This document shows, piece by piece, positions 1-7,674 of a stretch of DNA of 64,000 nucleotides. The position numbers were made by a program, and so were the translations under genes. Below the pieces are notes generated by a model. It worked only from the letters and a program-made list of their open reading frames with translations, searched no databases and was not told the origin of the DNA. Source of the DNA: Myxococcota bacterium (GTDB taxonomy: Bacteria; Myxococcota_A; UBA796; UBA2385); the NCBI GenBank assembly GCA_044344255.1, contig JBIJDH010000003.1:480001-544000 (forward strand), in the 5' to 3' direction. Positions within the stretch are counted from its first letter, which is position 1; every line of letters begins with the position of its first letter.

Positions 1-1377
1 GTTGTTGATGACGAGGAGCTCATCCGGTGGTCCCTGTGCGAGAAGCTGCGGGAGGAGGGGTATCGGGTGGTCGAGGCGGAGGACGGCATCGACGCGCTGG
101 CCAAGATCGCTGCGCAGAGCCCCGATCTTGTCATCACCGACATCAAGATGCCGCGCATGGACGGCCTCACCGCGCTGCGCAAGCTCCGCGAGCAGGACCG
201 AGATCTCCCCGTCATCGTCCTCACAGCGATGGGCGGCGCGGACTCCGTCATCGAGGCCACCCAGCTCGGCGCCAAGGCGTACCTGACCAAGCCCTTTGAT
301 CTGCGGGAGGTGGGCATCGCGGTGGCGCGGGTGCTCGAGCAGCACCGGCTGTCGCACGAGGTCCGTTACCTGCGCGAGCAGCAGGCCGTGCATCGGTACG
401 GCAAGATCATCGGTACGAGCAAGGCCATGCAGCGCCTGTTCTCGACCCTCCGTCGGCTCGAGGACGTCGACGCCCCCACTGTGCTCGTCGTCGGGGAGTC
501 GGGCACGGGCAAGGACCTCATCGCCCATGCCGTCCACGAGATGGGGCCGCGAAAGGCGGGGCCGATGATGGAGGTCGACTGTGCGAGCCTGCCCGAGCAG
601 CTCATCGAGAGCGAGCTCTTCGGTCACGAGCGGGGCTCCTTCACCGACGCCAAGCAGACCAAGCGCGGCCTCTTCGAGGTCGCGCGCGGTGGCACCATCT
701 TCCTCGACGAGATCGGGGAGATGAGCCCGACCACCCAGGCACGCCTCTTGCGCGCCTTGGAGAGCCGACGCTTCAAGCGGGTGGGCGGCGTGGCCGACAT
801 CACGATGGACGCGAGCGTGATCGCCGCGACCAACCGGGAGCTCGGCGAGGAGGTGAAGCGGGGCGGCTTCCGGGAGGACCTCTTCTTCCGCCTCAACGTG
901 ATCCGGGTCGAGGTGCCTGCGCTCCGCGAGCGGCGTGAGGATGTCCCTCTGCTGGTCGATCACTTCATCGAGCGCTTCGCCCGCGAGTTCCGCCGCCCGG
1001 TGAGGGGCGTCTCCTCCGAGGCGCTCCAGCTGATGATGGCGTACCCGTGGCCGGGCAACGTGCGGGAGCTTCGAAACATCATCGAGCGCATCGTCATCCT
1101 CGAGCCGAGCGAGGTGATCGAGGCCTCCCATTTGCCCTCGGAGGTGCGCTTCGGGAGGGCGGGCCGGACCTCGTCGGGGGCCAGCGTGCCCTTCCTTTTG
1201 CCCGAGGAGGGGGTCGACCTCGAGGCGGTCGAGCGGAGCCTCCTGCAGCAGGCGATGGAGCGCACGGCCTCCAATCAGTCGGCCGCGGCTCGGCTGCTCG
1301 GTATCACCCGCTATGCGCTTCGGTATCGTCTGGAGAAGTTTGGCTTGGGCTCTAAAAAGGCTGGAGCTGGAGACTGA
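1..1377 (+). CDS. Sigma54-dependent response regulator, NtrC family (REC-AAA+-HTH), 5'-partial
   Basis: Frame open from base 1 (VVDDEELIRW...). Receiver DIKMP/T/KP, Walker A GESGTGKD, ESELFGHERGSFTDA (GAFTGA-loop variant), Walker B IFLDEIG, WPGNVREL, C-terminal Fis-type HTH (NQSAAARLLGITRYALRYRL). Confidence 0.95.
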   Translation, partial: VVDDEELIRWSLCEKLREEGYRVVEAEDGIDALAKIAAQSPDLVITDIKMPRMDGLTALRKLREQDRDLPVIVLTAMGGADSVIEATQLGAKAYLTKPFDLREVGIAVARVLEQHRLSHEVRYLREQQAVHRYGKIIGTSKAMQRLFSTLRRLEDVDAPTVLVVGESGTGKDLIAHAVHEMGPRKAGPMMEVDCASLPEQLIESELFGHERGSFTDAKQTKRGLFEVARGGTIFLDEIGEMSPTTQARLLRALESRRFKRVGGVADITMDASVIAATNRELGEEVKRGGFREDLFFRLNVIRVEVPALRERREDVPLLVDHFIERFAREFRRPVRGVSSEALQLMMAYPWPGNVRELRNIIERIVILEPSEVIEASHLPSEVRFGRAGRTSSGASVPFLLPEEGVDLEAVERSLLQQAMERTASNQSAAARLLGITRYALRYRLEKFGLGSKKAGAGD

Positions 1378-2857
1378 AGACCGCGCCGCAGCCGCCCGGG
1401 TGGCCCTTCTGCTCGAGGGTGAGGCGGCCGCCCATCGACTCGGCCAGCTTGCGGCTGATCGCCAGCCCGAGGCCGGTGCCGCGGGTCTTCGTCGTGACAA
1501 AGGGCTCGAAGAGGCGCGCGACGACGTCGGGCGGCACACCTTCGCCGTCGTCGGCGACGATCACCCGGGGGCCCTGGCCGAGGATGACCCGGATGGGGCG
1601 CTCGCCGGCGGCGTCGCGGGCGTTCTGGAGGAGGTTGACCAGGATCTGATGGACATATTGGGTGTCAGCCAGCACAGCGAGGTCAGAGCGTCCGACGAGG
1701 GTCGCATGCACGCCGGACTGGGCCAGGGCCTCGACGGCGAGGTCCGACAGGCGGGCTGAGCTCAAGCGGGCCACGGCCGGCCGAGCGTAGCCGAGGAGAT
1801 CGGTGACGAGGCGGTCGAGCCGGAAGACCTGGTCTTGCACCTTGGCGAGCACCGGCTTTCGTCTGTCGTCGGCCGCGAGCGAGCCGCCGATGACCTGAAG
1901 CGTGGCCGAGATGGCGGCGAGCGGGTTCCGGATCTCGTGGGCGATGTTGGCGGCCAGGCTGCCGATGCGGGCGAGGTGTTCGGACTGTTGGAGCCGGGCC
2001 TCCGTCTGGACCACATCCGTGAGCTCTTCGACGTGGATCAGCAGGCGGGCCAGCGGGTGCTCGAGGGGCACGAGCGTGATTCGGAAGTGTCGCTCCTCGG
2101 CGCCGGTGCCGAGCACGGCCCTCGGGACGCTCACCTCGTTGCCGACCGACAGGGCTTGGCCGACGTGCGTAGGGAGGTCAGCGGCCTCGATGAGCTCGGC
2201 GGGGAGGAAGGCCTGGTAGTGCCGGCCGAGCTGGGCCTGGCTGCCGAAGAGGCGAGCGCTCGGGCGGGTGGCGGCGGTGACGCGGCCGGCCTCATCGAGG
2301 CAGAGCACGGTGACCGGGAGGTTCTCGACGATGAGGTGCTGGAGCGAACGGAGGCGCTGCTCCTCGTGAGCGTCGAGGTAGGCCGCCGACATGATCGAGA
2401 GCTCGACGTCGGTGATGCGCACCAGGGCGGTGCAGGTCTCCCAAGCGGCGTCGGCGGGCAGCGAGCGGTGGGCGATCTCGCAGAGGTCCTGGCGAAGCAG
2501 GTTCATCGCCGCGAAGACGTAGCGTTCGGGCAGCTTCACGCGGACGTGGACCACGCCGATGCGCAGACGGCGTGCGTGATAGTCCCGGTCGTAGGGGCCG
2601 GTAAGCATCTCGACGATCCAGCGTTGGAGCGTCATCTTCAGGCGCTCCACCTGCGTGGGGTCGTGCAGGATGGCGGAGGCGCCTGGGGAGCGGAGCACCG
2701 CTGTGTAGAAGTTGTCGGTCAACCAGGCGAGGCGAGGCTGGACCGAGGGGAGGAGGGCGCGCAGGCGCGCGGCGTCAGCCTCTCCGAATCGCACATAGGC
2801 CAGGAGCTCGGAGAGGGGATCTCCCTCCTCGTGTCGCGGTGCGGACGCCGTGTTCAT
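1352..2857 (-). CDS. Globin-coupled sensor histidine kinase (protoglobin-PAS-HisKA-HATPase)
   Basis: N-terminal sensor globin (DNFY with B10 Tyr; RIGVVHVRV with proximal His), PAS-like middle region, H-box IAHEIRNPL, N-box NLLQNARDA, DDGEG, FEPF, GTGLGL. ATG at 2857; alternative GTG at 2863. Confidence 0.88.
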   Translation of the reverse strand: MNTASAPRHEEGDPLSELLAYVRFGEADAARLRALLPSVQPRLAWLTDNFYTAVLRSPGASAILHDPTQVERLKMTLQRWIVEMLTGPYDRDYHARRLRIGVVHVRVKLPERYVFAAMNLLRQDLCEIAHRSLPADAAWETCTALVRITDVELSIMSAAYLDAHEEQRLRSLQHLIVENLPVTVLCLDEAGRVTAATRPSARLFGSQAQLGRHYQAFLPAELIEAADLPTHVGQALSVGNEVSVPRAVLGTGAEERHFRITLVPLEHPLARLLIHVEELTDVVQTEARLQQSEHLARIGSLAANIAHEIRNPLAAISATLQVIGGSLAADDRRKPVLAKVQDQVFRLDRLVTDLLGYARPAVARLSSARLSDLAVEALAQSGVHATLVGRSDLAVLADTQYVHQILVNLLQNARDAAGERPIRVILGQGPRVIVADDGEGVPPDVVARLFEPFVTTKTRGTGLGLAISRKLAESMGGRLTLEQKGHPGGCGAVFSLQLQPF

Positions 2858-2890
2858 ATTCACACAGTCATGGTGTACGATTTGGCCCGG

Positions 2891-3571
2891 TCAGGCGAGG
2901 CAACCGCAGAGGCTGGCAGACACCAGCACGACCGCCCGAGACTGCTCCTCTCGTAACACGCGCGCGCACCATCCCTGGTCAGCCGCGCAGCGGGGGTCAA
3001 AGGCCACCACCAGGGGGGCCGAGCGACGCTGGCGGGCGCCGACCGGCAGCGCTGAACCCTCACCATGGTGGGGCTTCCACCTGGATACGGGTCGGGAGAC
3101 CGCGGCGGCAAGAACGGCGGCGATGGCGCTCGCAGGGCTGGAGTCCTCTGCGCTGACCAGGAGCACTTCATCGCTCACGGACATCAGCGGGCTCCCATCG
3201 GGCCCCGGGCGAATCGCGACCACCGGCTGCTTGGCGGCCTCCATGACGGCGCGGGCGACAGAGTCCATGGGGCTGGAGTCCGCCACGCCGCCGCGTGTCC
3301 CCATGATGATCCAGGAGGATGAACGCCGCTCAGCCTGGGCCGGGATCGCCACGCTCGGCGTGCCCTGGCTCGTGCGTAGGCGCGTCGTGATGGAGGCGGC
3401 GCGCAGCGGCTCGGCCAGCACGTGCAGCGCGGCGAGGCGGTCGAGCGAAGGGGGCGCCTCGGTGACGTGGAAGAGCTCCACGTCCAAGTTCAAGGTGCGG
3501 CCGATCAACACGGCGAGGGCGACCGCGCTGCGTGAGGGGGTCGTGAGGTCGATGGGGACCAGGATGCTCAT
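2891..3571 (-). CDS. Universal stress protein (UspA domain plus a degenerate second domain)
   Basis: MSILVPIDLT...VELFHV...IIMGTRGG...DSVARAVMEAAKQPVVAIR is a USP signature. Start moved to ATG 3571 because the ORF-track TTG at 3604 lies inside the sigma54 promoter. Confidence 0.85.
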   Translation of the reverse strand: MSILVPIDLTTPSRSAVALAVLIGRTLNLDVELFHVTEAPPSLDRLAALHVLAEPLRAASITTRLRTSQGTPSVAIPAQAERRSSSWIIMGTRGGVADSSPMDSVARAVMEAAKQPVVAIRPGPDGSPLMSVSDEVLLVSAEDSSPASAIAAVLAAAVSRPVSRWKPHHGEGSALPVGARQRRSAPLVVAFDPRCAADQGWCARVLREEQSRAVVLVSASLCGCLA

Positions 3572-3587
3572 GTTGGGGCCCAGAACC

Positions 3588-3604
3588 AGCAACAAGCGTG
3601 CCAA
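3588..3604 (-). promoter_or_regulatory. Sigma54 (-24/-12) promoter for the USP gene, probably also the globin kinase
   Basis: Minus strand reads TTGGCACGCTTGTTGCT, matching YTGGCACG-N4-TTGCW with exact GG-N10-GC spacing, 16 nt upstream of the USP ATG. Confidence 0.85.
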
Positions 3605-3613
3605 TCCGCTGGG

Positions 3614-4915
3614 TCACTCGAGGGCGGCGAAGAGCGCCAGCGGCCTCCAGACCCGGTCGGCCCAGGCCAGCTCGTCGTGGGTCGCGCCGGGCTCCCACCA
3701 GTGCCAGAGGTCGACGTCGTAGGTGTAGCCGGCCTCGGCGAGGGTATCGCGGAGCTGCAGGTTCTCGCAGTAGTTGTCCGAGCTGTCGAGGTCGTCGTCG
3801 TCCGTGCCGTCTCCGTCCTCGTCGGCGCAGGTGCTGCCCCCGCCGCCGGAGTCGAGGTAGAGCGCGGTCGAGCGGTGCCCGGCGGCCGCGTAGAGGTCGA
3901 TGATGGTGGGGTTCTCGGCGCCGATCGAGCCCCAGCCCATCGTGCCCGAGAGGCTGATCGCCATGTCGTAGCGGCCCTCGTACTCATGGGCGATGAAGAA
4001 GCTCACGAGCCCGCCGAGCGAGCTGCCCATCGTGCCCGTGACCGTGGCCGGACCGTAGGCCGCCTCCATCGTGGGGCGGACCACCTCTTCGACGAGCTGG
4101 GCGTAGGCCTCGGCGTCTCCGCCATACACATCGCCGTCGAGGAGGTCTTCGGTGTGAGTGTACTCCTCCATGCGGTCGGCGGTGTTGTCGAGGCCCACAA
4201 CGAGGACATTCGGCGGGAGGCTGTCCGAGAGGCGCCAGCCGCCCCAGATGGCCCCAGGGTCGAAGAGGTTCTGCCCGTCGTGGGCGTAGAGGGCGTGGGT
4301 GAACCGTGCGTCTTGTGGGACCCAGACCTGGGCGTCGCGGGGGCGGAGGGCGTAGCCTTCGAGGCTGTACCAGCGCTCGAGGTGGGCGGAGGTGGCGGTC
4401 ACGAGGGAGTGTTCGCCGTTGTCGTCCCAGCCGAAGCGGCGGCCGTGGGGGTCGCTCTTCCACGTGTCGCCGTCGGTGAATTTGTAGAGGCTGCCGTCCG
4501 GATCGGGGATGTCCACCTCGATCCAGGAGAGGTCCCCCGCCAGAGCCATCGGCGCCCCGGCCCAGTCGTCGTGGTCTCCCGCGAGGGACCAGGCCCCGGC
4601 TCCGCAGCGGCAAGCGAAGAGGTAGCCGCCGGTCGCGGTCTCGAGCGGGAGGCCGCTTCGCGAGGCGACGGTGCGGAGGGCCTCGGCGGAGTCGACCTCT
4701 CCGGCGATGGCGGCGCGCAGCAGGGCCTCATCCTCGCCGCGGGGGTCCCCGCTGACCTCCTCCCCGCCGCTGTCGGCGCCGCCCCCATGGCGGCGGGCGG
4801 ACCCGTCTCCCTTGTCGCCCGCGCAGGCGGTCCACGCGGCGGGGAGCGTGAGCAGCAGCGCGACCTGGACGTGAGCGGCCCAGGCGCTGCGTGGGCTGCG
4901 ATCACACCGTGACAC
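3614..4915 (-). CDS. Alpha/beta hydrolase of the Fes/IroE-like esterase family, probable lipoprotein with a CBM48-like N-terminal region
   Basis: YAHDGQNLF, nucleophile elbow GSSLGG, YLDSGG, C-terminal HDELAW. Hydrophobic N-terminus ends AWTAC (possible lipobox). Confidence 0.8.
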   Translation of the reverse strand: MSRCDRSPRSAWAAHVQVALLLTLPAAWTACAGDKGDGSARRHGGGADSGGEEVSGDPRGEDEALLRAAIAGEVDSAEALRTVASRSGLPLETATGGYLFACRCGAGAWSLAGDHDDWAGAPMALAGDLSWIEVDIPDPDGSLYKFTDGDTWKSDPHGRRFGWDDNGEHSLVTATSAHLERWYSLEGYALRPRDAQVWVPQDARFTHALYAHDGQNLFDPGAIWGGWRLSDSLPPNVLVVGLDNTADRMEEYTHTEDLLDGDVYGGDAEAYAQLVEEVVRPTMEAAYGPATVTGTMGSSLGGLVSFFIAHEYEGRYDMAISLSGTMGWGSIGAENPTIIDLYAAAGHRSTALYLDSGGGGSTCADEDGDGTDDDDLDSSDNYCENLQLRDTLAEAGYTYDVDLWHWWEPGATHDELAWADRVWRPLALFAALE

Positions 4916-5693
4916 CTTCGCCTCCGTCGACGCGGATGATGTTGCCGGTCATCCAGCGGGTGCCGGGGCGCACCAGGTCGACGAGGCAGGCCGCGACATC
5001 GTCGGGGCGCGTCAGGCGTCCGTGGGGGTTGCGGGCGCGGACCTTCTCGATGAGGGCGGCGTTGCCAGGGATCTTGGCCAGGGCCGGGGTCTCGGTCACG
5101 CCGGCCTCAATCGCGTTGACGGTGACCCCGCGCGGCGCGAGCTCGACGGCGAGCTGGCGGACATACGCCTCAAGCGCCGCCTTCGCTGCGCTGACCGGCC
5201 CGTAGGCCGGCAGCACGAGGCGGCCCCCCGAGCTCGTGAAGGCGAGGATGCGGCCCCCTTCACCGAGGAGCCCCCGCGACAGCAGACCCTGCGCCCAGTA
5301 GACGAAGCTGTGGGCCATGACGTCGAGGGTCATCTCGAGCTGGCGGCGGTTGGCCCCGGGCTCATCGGCCGGCGCGAGCGCCTTGAGGGTGCCGAAGGCC
5401 AGCGAGTGCAGGTAGACCTCGACGCGGCCGCCCTCGGCGTGGAGGAAGGCCTGGAGCTCGTCGAGGACGACCTCGCGGCGGGCGTCATCGGCGGCGTTCT
5501 CGTTCCAGAGCCGCACCGGCTGCCCGTGGGCGGACAGCTCAGCCACGAGGGCGTTGACCGCGGGCAGCGCGGCGCGCCGATCGAGGTGTACGCCAAGGAT
5601 GCCGTAACCAGCCGCCGCCAAGGCCCGGGCGCTCGCGGCGCCCAAGCCCGACGACACGCCGAGGATGAGGGCCCAGCGCGGGCCCCCGCTCAC
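4902..5693 (-). CDS. SDR oxidoreductase, FabL-like enoyl-ACP reductase
   Basis: Rossmann motif LGVSSGLG; YGPVSAAK (Y-x6-K, enoyl-reductase type); VNAIEAG; MTGNIIRVDGG. GTGA overlap with the upstream gene. Confidence 0.8.
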   Translation of the reverse strand: MSGGPRWALILGVSSGLGAASARALAAAGYGILGVHLDRRAALPAVNALVAELSAHGQPVRLWNENAADDARREVVLDELQAFLHAEGGRVEVYLHSLAFGTLKALAPADEPGANRRQLEMTLDVMAHSFVYWAQGLLSRGLLGEGGRILAFTSSGGRLVLPAYGPVSAAKAALEAYVRQLAVELAPRGVTVNAIEAGVTETPALAKIPGNAALIEKVRARNPHGRLTRPDDVAACLVDLVRPGTRWMTGNIIRVDGGEGVTV

Positions 5694-6619
5694 TTGTGCT
5701 CGGCGGGCGCTGCGGCCGGGGCCGCGGGGGGCGCGCCTCCGGCCGGGGCGGCGCCCGGGGCGGCGCCCGGAGCGGCTCCGGGGGCGTTCGGCGTCACGGT
5801 GGCGCCGGTGGCGCCGGCCTCGACGATCTTGGCCTTCGCCTTGAGCTCGGTGATGTACTCCTGGGCGAGCTCGCTCTTGAGCTTCTCCTTGATGTCGTCC
5901 TTGACCTCGTCGAGCGGGGTGGCGTCGCGCTTGTCGTCCACCTTGAAGACGAGGAAGGCGCCGCCCTGGGGCGCGGCCATCGGGCCCACGATGTCGCCCT
6001 TGGCGGCCTCGGCGAGCTTCTCACCCATGGGGCCGAGGTCTTCCTTCTTCATCCAGGGGAGCTCCCCGCCGGAGCTGGCGCTGCGGGGGTCCTTGCTCTT
6101 CTCGCGGGCGAGCTGGGCGAAGTCGGCGCCGCCCTTGAGTGCGGTCACGAGCTCGTTGGCCACGGCCTCGCTCTCGGCCACGATCAGCCGGGGCTTGAGC
6201 TGCGGGCGGGCGTATTGCACCTTGTGGTCGTCATAGTACTTCTGGATGCGGGCGTCGTTGCTCCGCTCCTCGATGACCTTGTCGAGCAGCGCGTCGGCGA
6301 GGGCGTTGCGCTCGGCCAAGGCGAGCTGGAGCTTGATCTTCGGATCGTCCTGCATCTTCTGGGTGAGGGCCTGACGGTAGAGGACCTCGCCGACGATCAG
6401 CTGCTCCTTGAGCTGACCGACCTGACCCGACTGCTCGAGCTGCTTGCGCATCTGGGGCGGGATCTGGGTGAGGGTGACGTCGAGCATCTCCTGCGTGATC
6501 GCGTTGCCGTCGACCGTCACCACCGAGGTGCCAGCGGCGGTGATGGCCCCGGGGACCGGCGGAGGGGGCGGCTCGCAGGCGAGGGCGAAGACGAGGGAGA
6601 GGCTGAGCAGGCGGTTCAT
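5690..6619 (-). CDS. Parvulin/PpiC-type foldase lipoprotein (PrsA-like)
   Basis: Lipobox FALAC; SurA-like N region; GADFAQLAREKSKDP..GGELPW; Pro/Ala-rich GAAP-repeat tail. RBS-like GAGGA upstream. Confidence 0.85.
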   Translation of the reverse strand: MNRLLSLSLVFALACEPPPPPVPGAITAAGTSVVTVDGNAITQEMLDVTLTQIPPQMRKQLEQSGQVGQLKEQLIVGEVLYRQALTQKMQDDPKIKLQLALAERNALADALLDKVIEERSNDARIQKYYDDHKVQYARPQLKPRLIVAESEAVANELVTALKGGADFAQLAREKSKDPRSASSGGELPWMKKEDLGPMGEKLAEAAKGDIVGPMAAPQGGAFLVFKVDDKRDATPLDEVKDDIKEKLKSELAQEYITELKAKAKIVEAGATGATVTPNAPGAAPGAAPGAAPAGGAPPAAPAAAPAEHK

Positions 6620-6783
6620 CGGAGTCCTCGAAAGGCAGGCGCGAAGAGGAGGCAGTGTGGTTGCGAGCGCGGCCCCTATCGCCGTGCGCCGTCCGATGGC
6701 AACACGGCGCGTTTACGGGGAGCCAAACGGGCCGGGGCGTGTGCGTGTGCGGACCACCGGGCCCGGGAGCCGTAGGCGGGGTT

Positions 6784-7674
6784 ATGGCGGCGTCCATGCG
6801 CACCCTGGACTTCCGCGACCATCGGCGCGAGCTCGACCAGAACCGCTACGTCTATGCGGTGGTCTCCCGGCGGAGCCGCGGCCTCTCGATCGGGATCAAC
6901 CTGAACCCGGACAAGGTCTGCAACTTCGACTGCCCGTATTGCCAGGTGGACCGCCGAACTGCGGGCGGGCCGCGCGAGGTCGAGCTGCCGCGCCTCGAGG
7001 CCGAGCTCAACCACCTGCTGCACCTCGTCGGAAGCGGCCAGCTCTGGGAGCTCTCGCCCTTCAACACCGCCGCGCCGGCCCTCCGTCGGGTCAATGACAT
7101 CGCCTTCGCCGGCGACGGCGAGCCCACGAGCGCGACCGTGTTCCCCGAGGCGGTGTCTTTGGTCGGCGCCCTCCGGCGCGCCCACGGGCTCGAATCGGTG
7201 CGGGTGCACCTGCTCACCAACGCGACCCTGCTCCACCGTCCACGGGTGCGGGAGGGGCTGCGGGTGCTGGACGAGATCGGCGGTCAAATCTGGGCCAAGC
7301 TGGACGCCGGCACCGAGGCCTGGTTCCAGCGGGTGGATGGGACGAAGCTCCCCTTCTCCCGCGTGCTCCAGAACCTGCTCGAGGCCGGTCGGGCGCGTCC
7401 GATCGTCCTTCAATGCCTGTTCCCGACGTGGGAGGGGGAGGGGCCCGACGAGGCTGAGGTGGACGCCTGGCAGGCGCGCATCGCCGAGCTCTTGTCGGGC
7501 GGGGCGCGCGTCCTTGAGGTACAGGTTTACTCCGTCGCGCGAGCGCCCGCTGATGGGCGTATCGGTGTGCTCCCGGCCTCTCGCCTGGAAGCCATCGCCG
7601 CCCGCGCCCGCGCCCTCGGGCTTCACACGGTGGTCTACCCCGGTGTCGAGCCCGCTCAGGAGGCCCCTCCGTGA
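6784..7674 (+). CDS. Radical SAM protein (COG0731-like)
   Basis: SRRSRGLSIGINL followed by CNFDCPYC (CX3CX2C), FAGDGEPT, LTNATL, KLDAG. Start ATG 6784 or 6796 rather than the ORF-track 6655. Confidence 0.9.
   Translation: MAASMRTLDFRDHRRELDQNRYVYAVVSRRSRGLSIGINLNPDKVCNFDCPYCQVDRRTAGGPREVELPRLEAELNHLLHLVGSGQLWELSPFNTAAPALRRVNDIAFAGDGEPTSATVFPEAVSLVGALRRAHGLESVRVHLLTNATLLHRPRVREGLRVLDEIGGQIWAKLDAGTEAWFQRVDGTKLPFSRVLQNLLEAGRARPIVLQCLFPTWEGEGPDEAEVDAWQARIAELLSGGARVLEVQVYSVARAPADGRIGVLPASRLEAIAARARALGLHTVVYPGVEPAQEAPP

Noticed and set aside
610..651. GSFTDA variant as evidence of a sigma54-independent regulator
   Set aside because: The critical F and T are retained, such variants occur in functional activators, and a consensus sigma54 promoter lies nearby.
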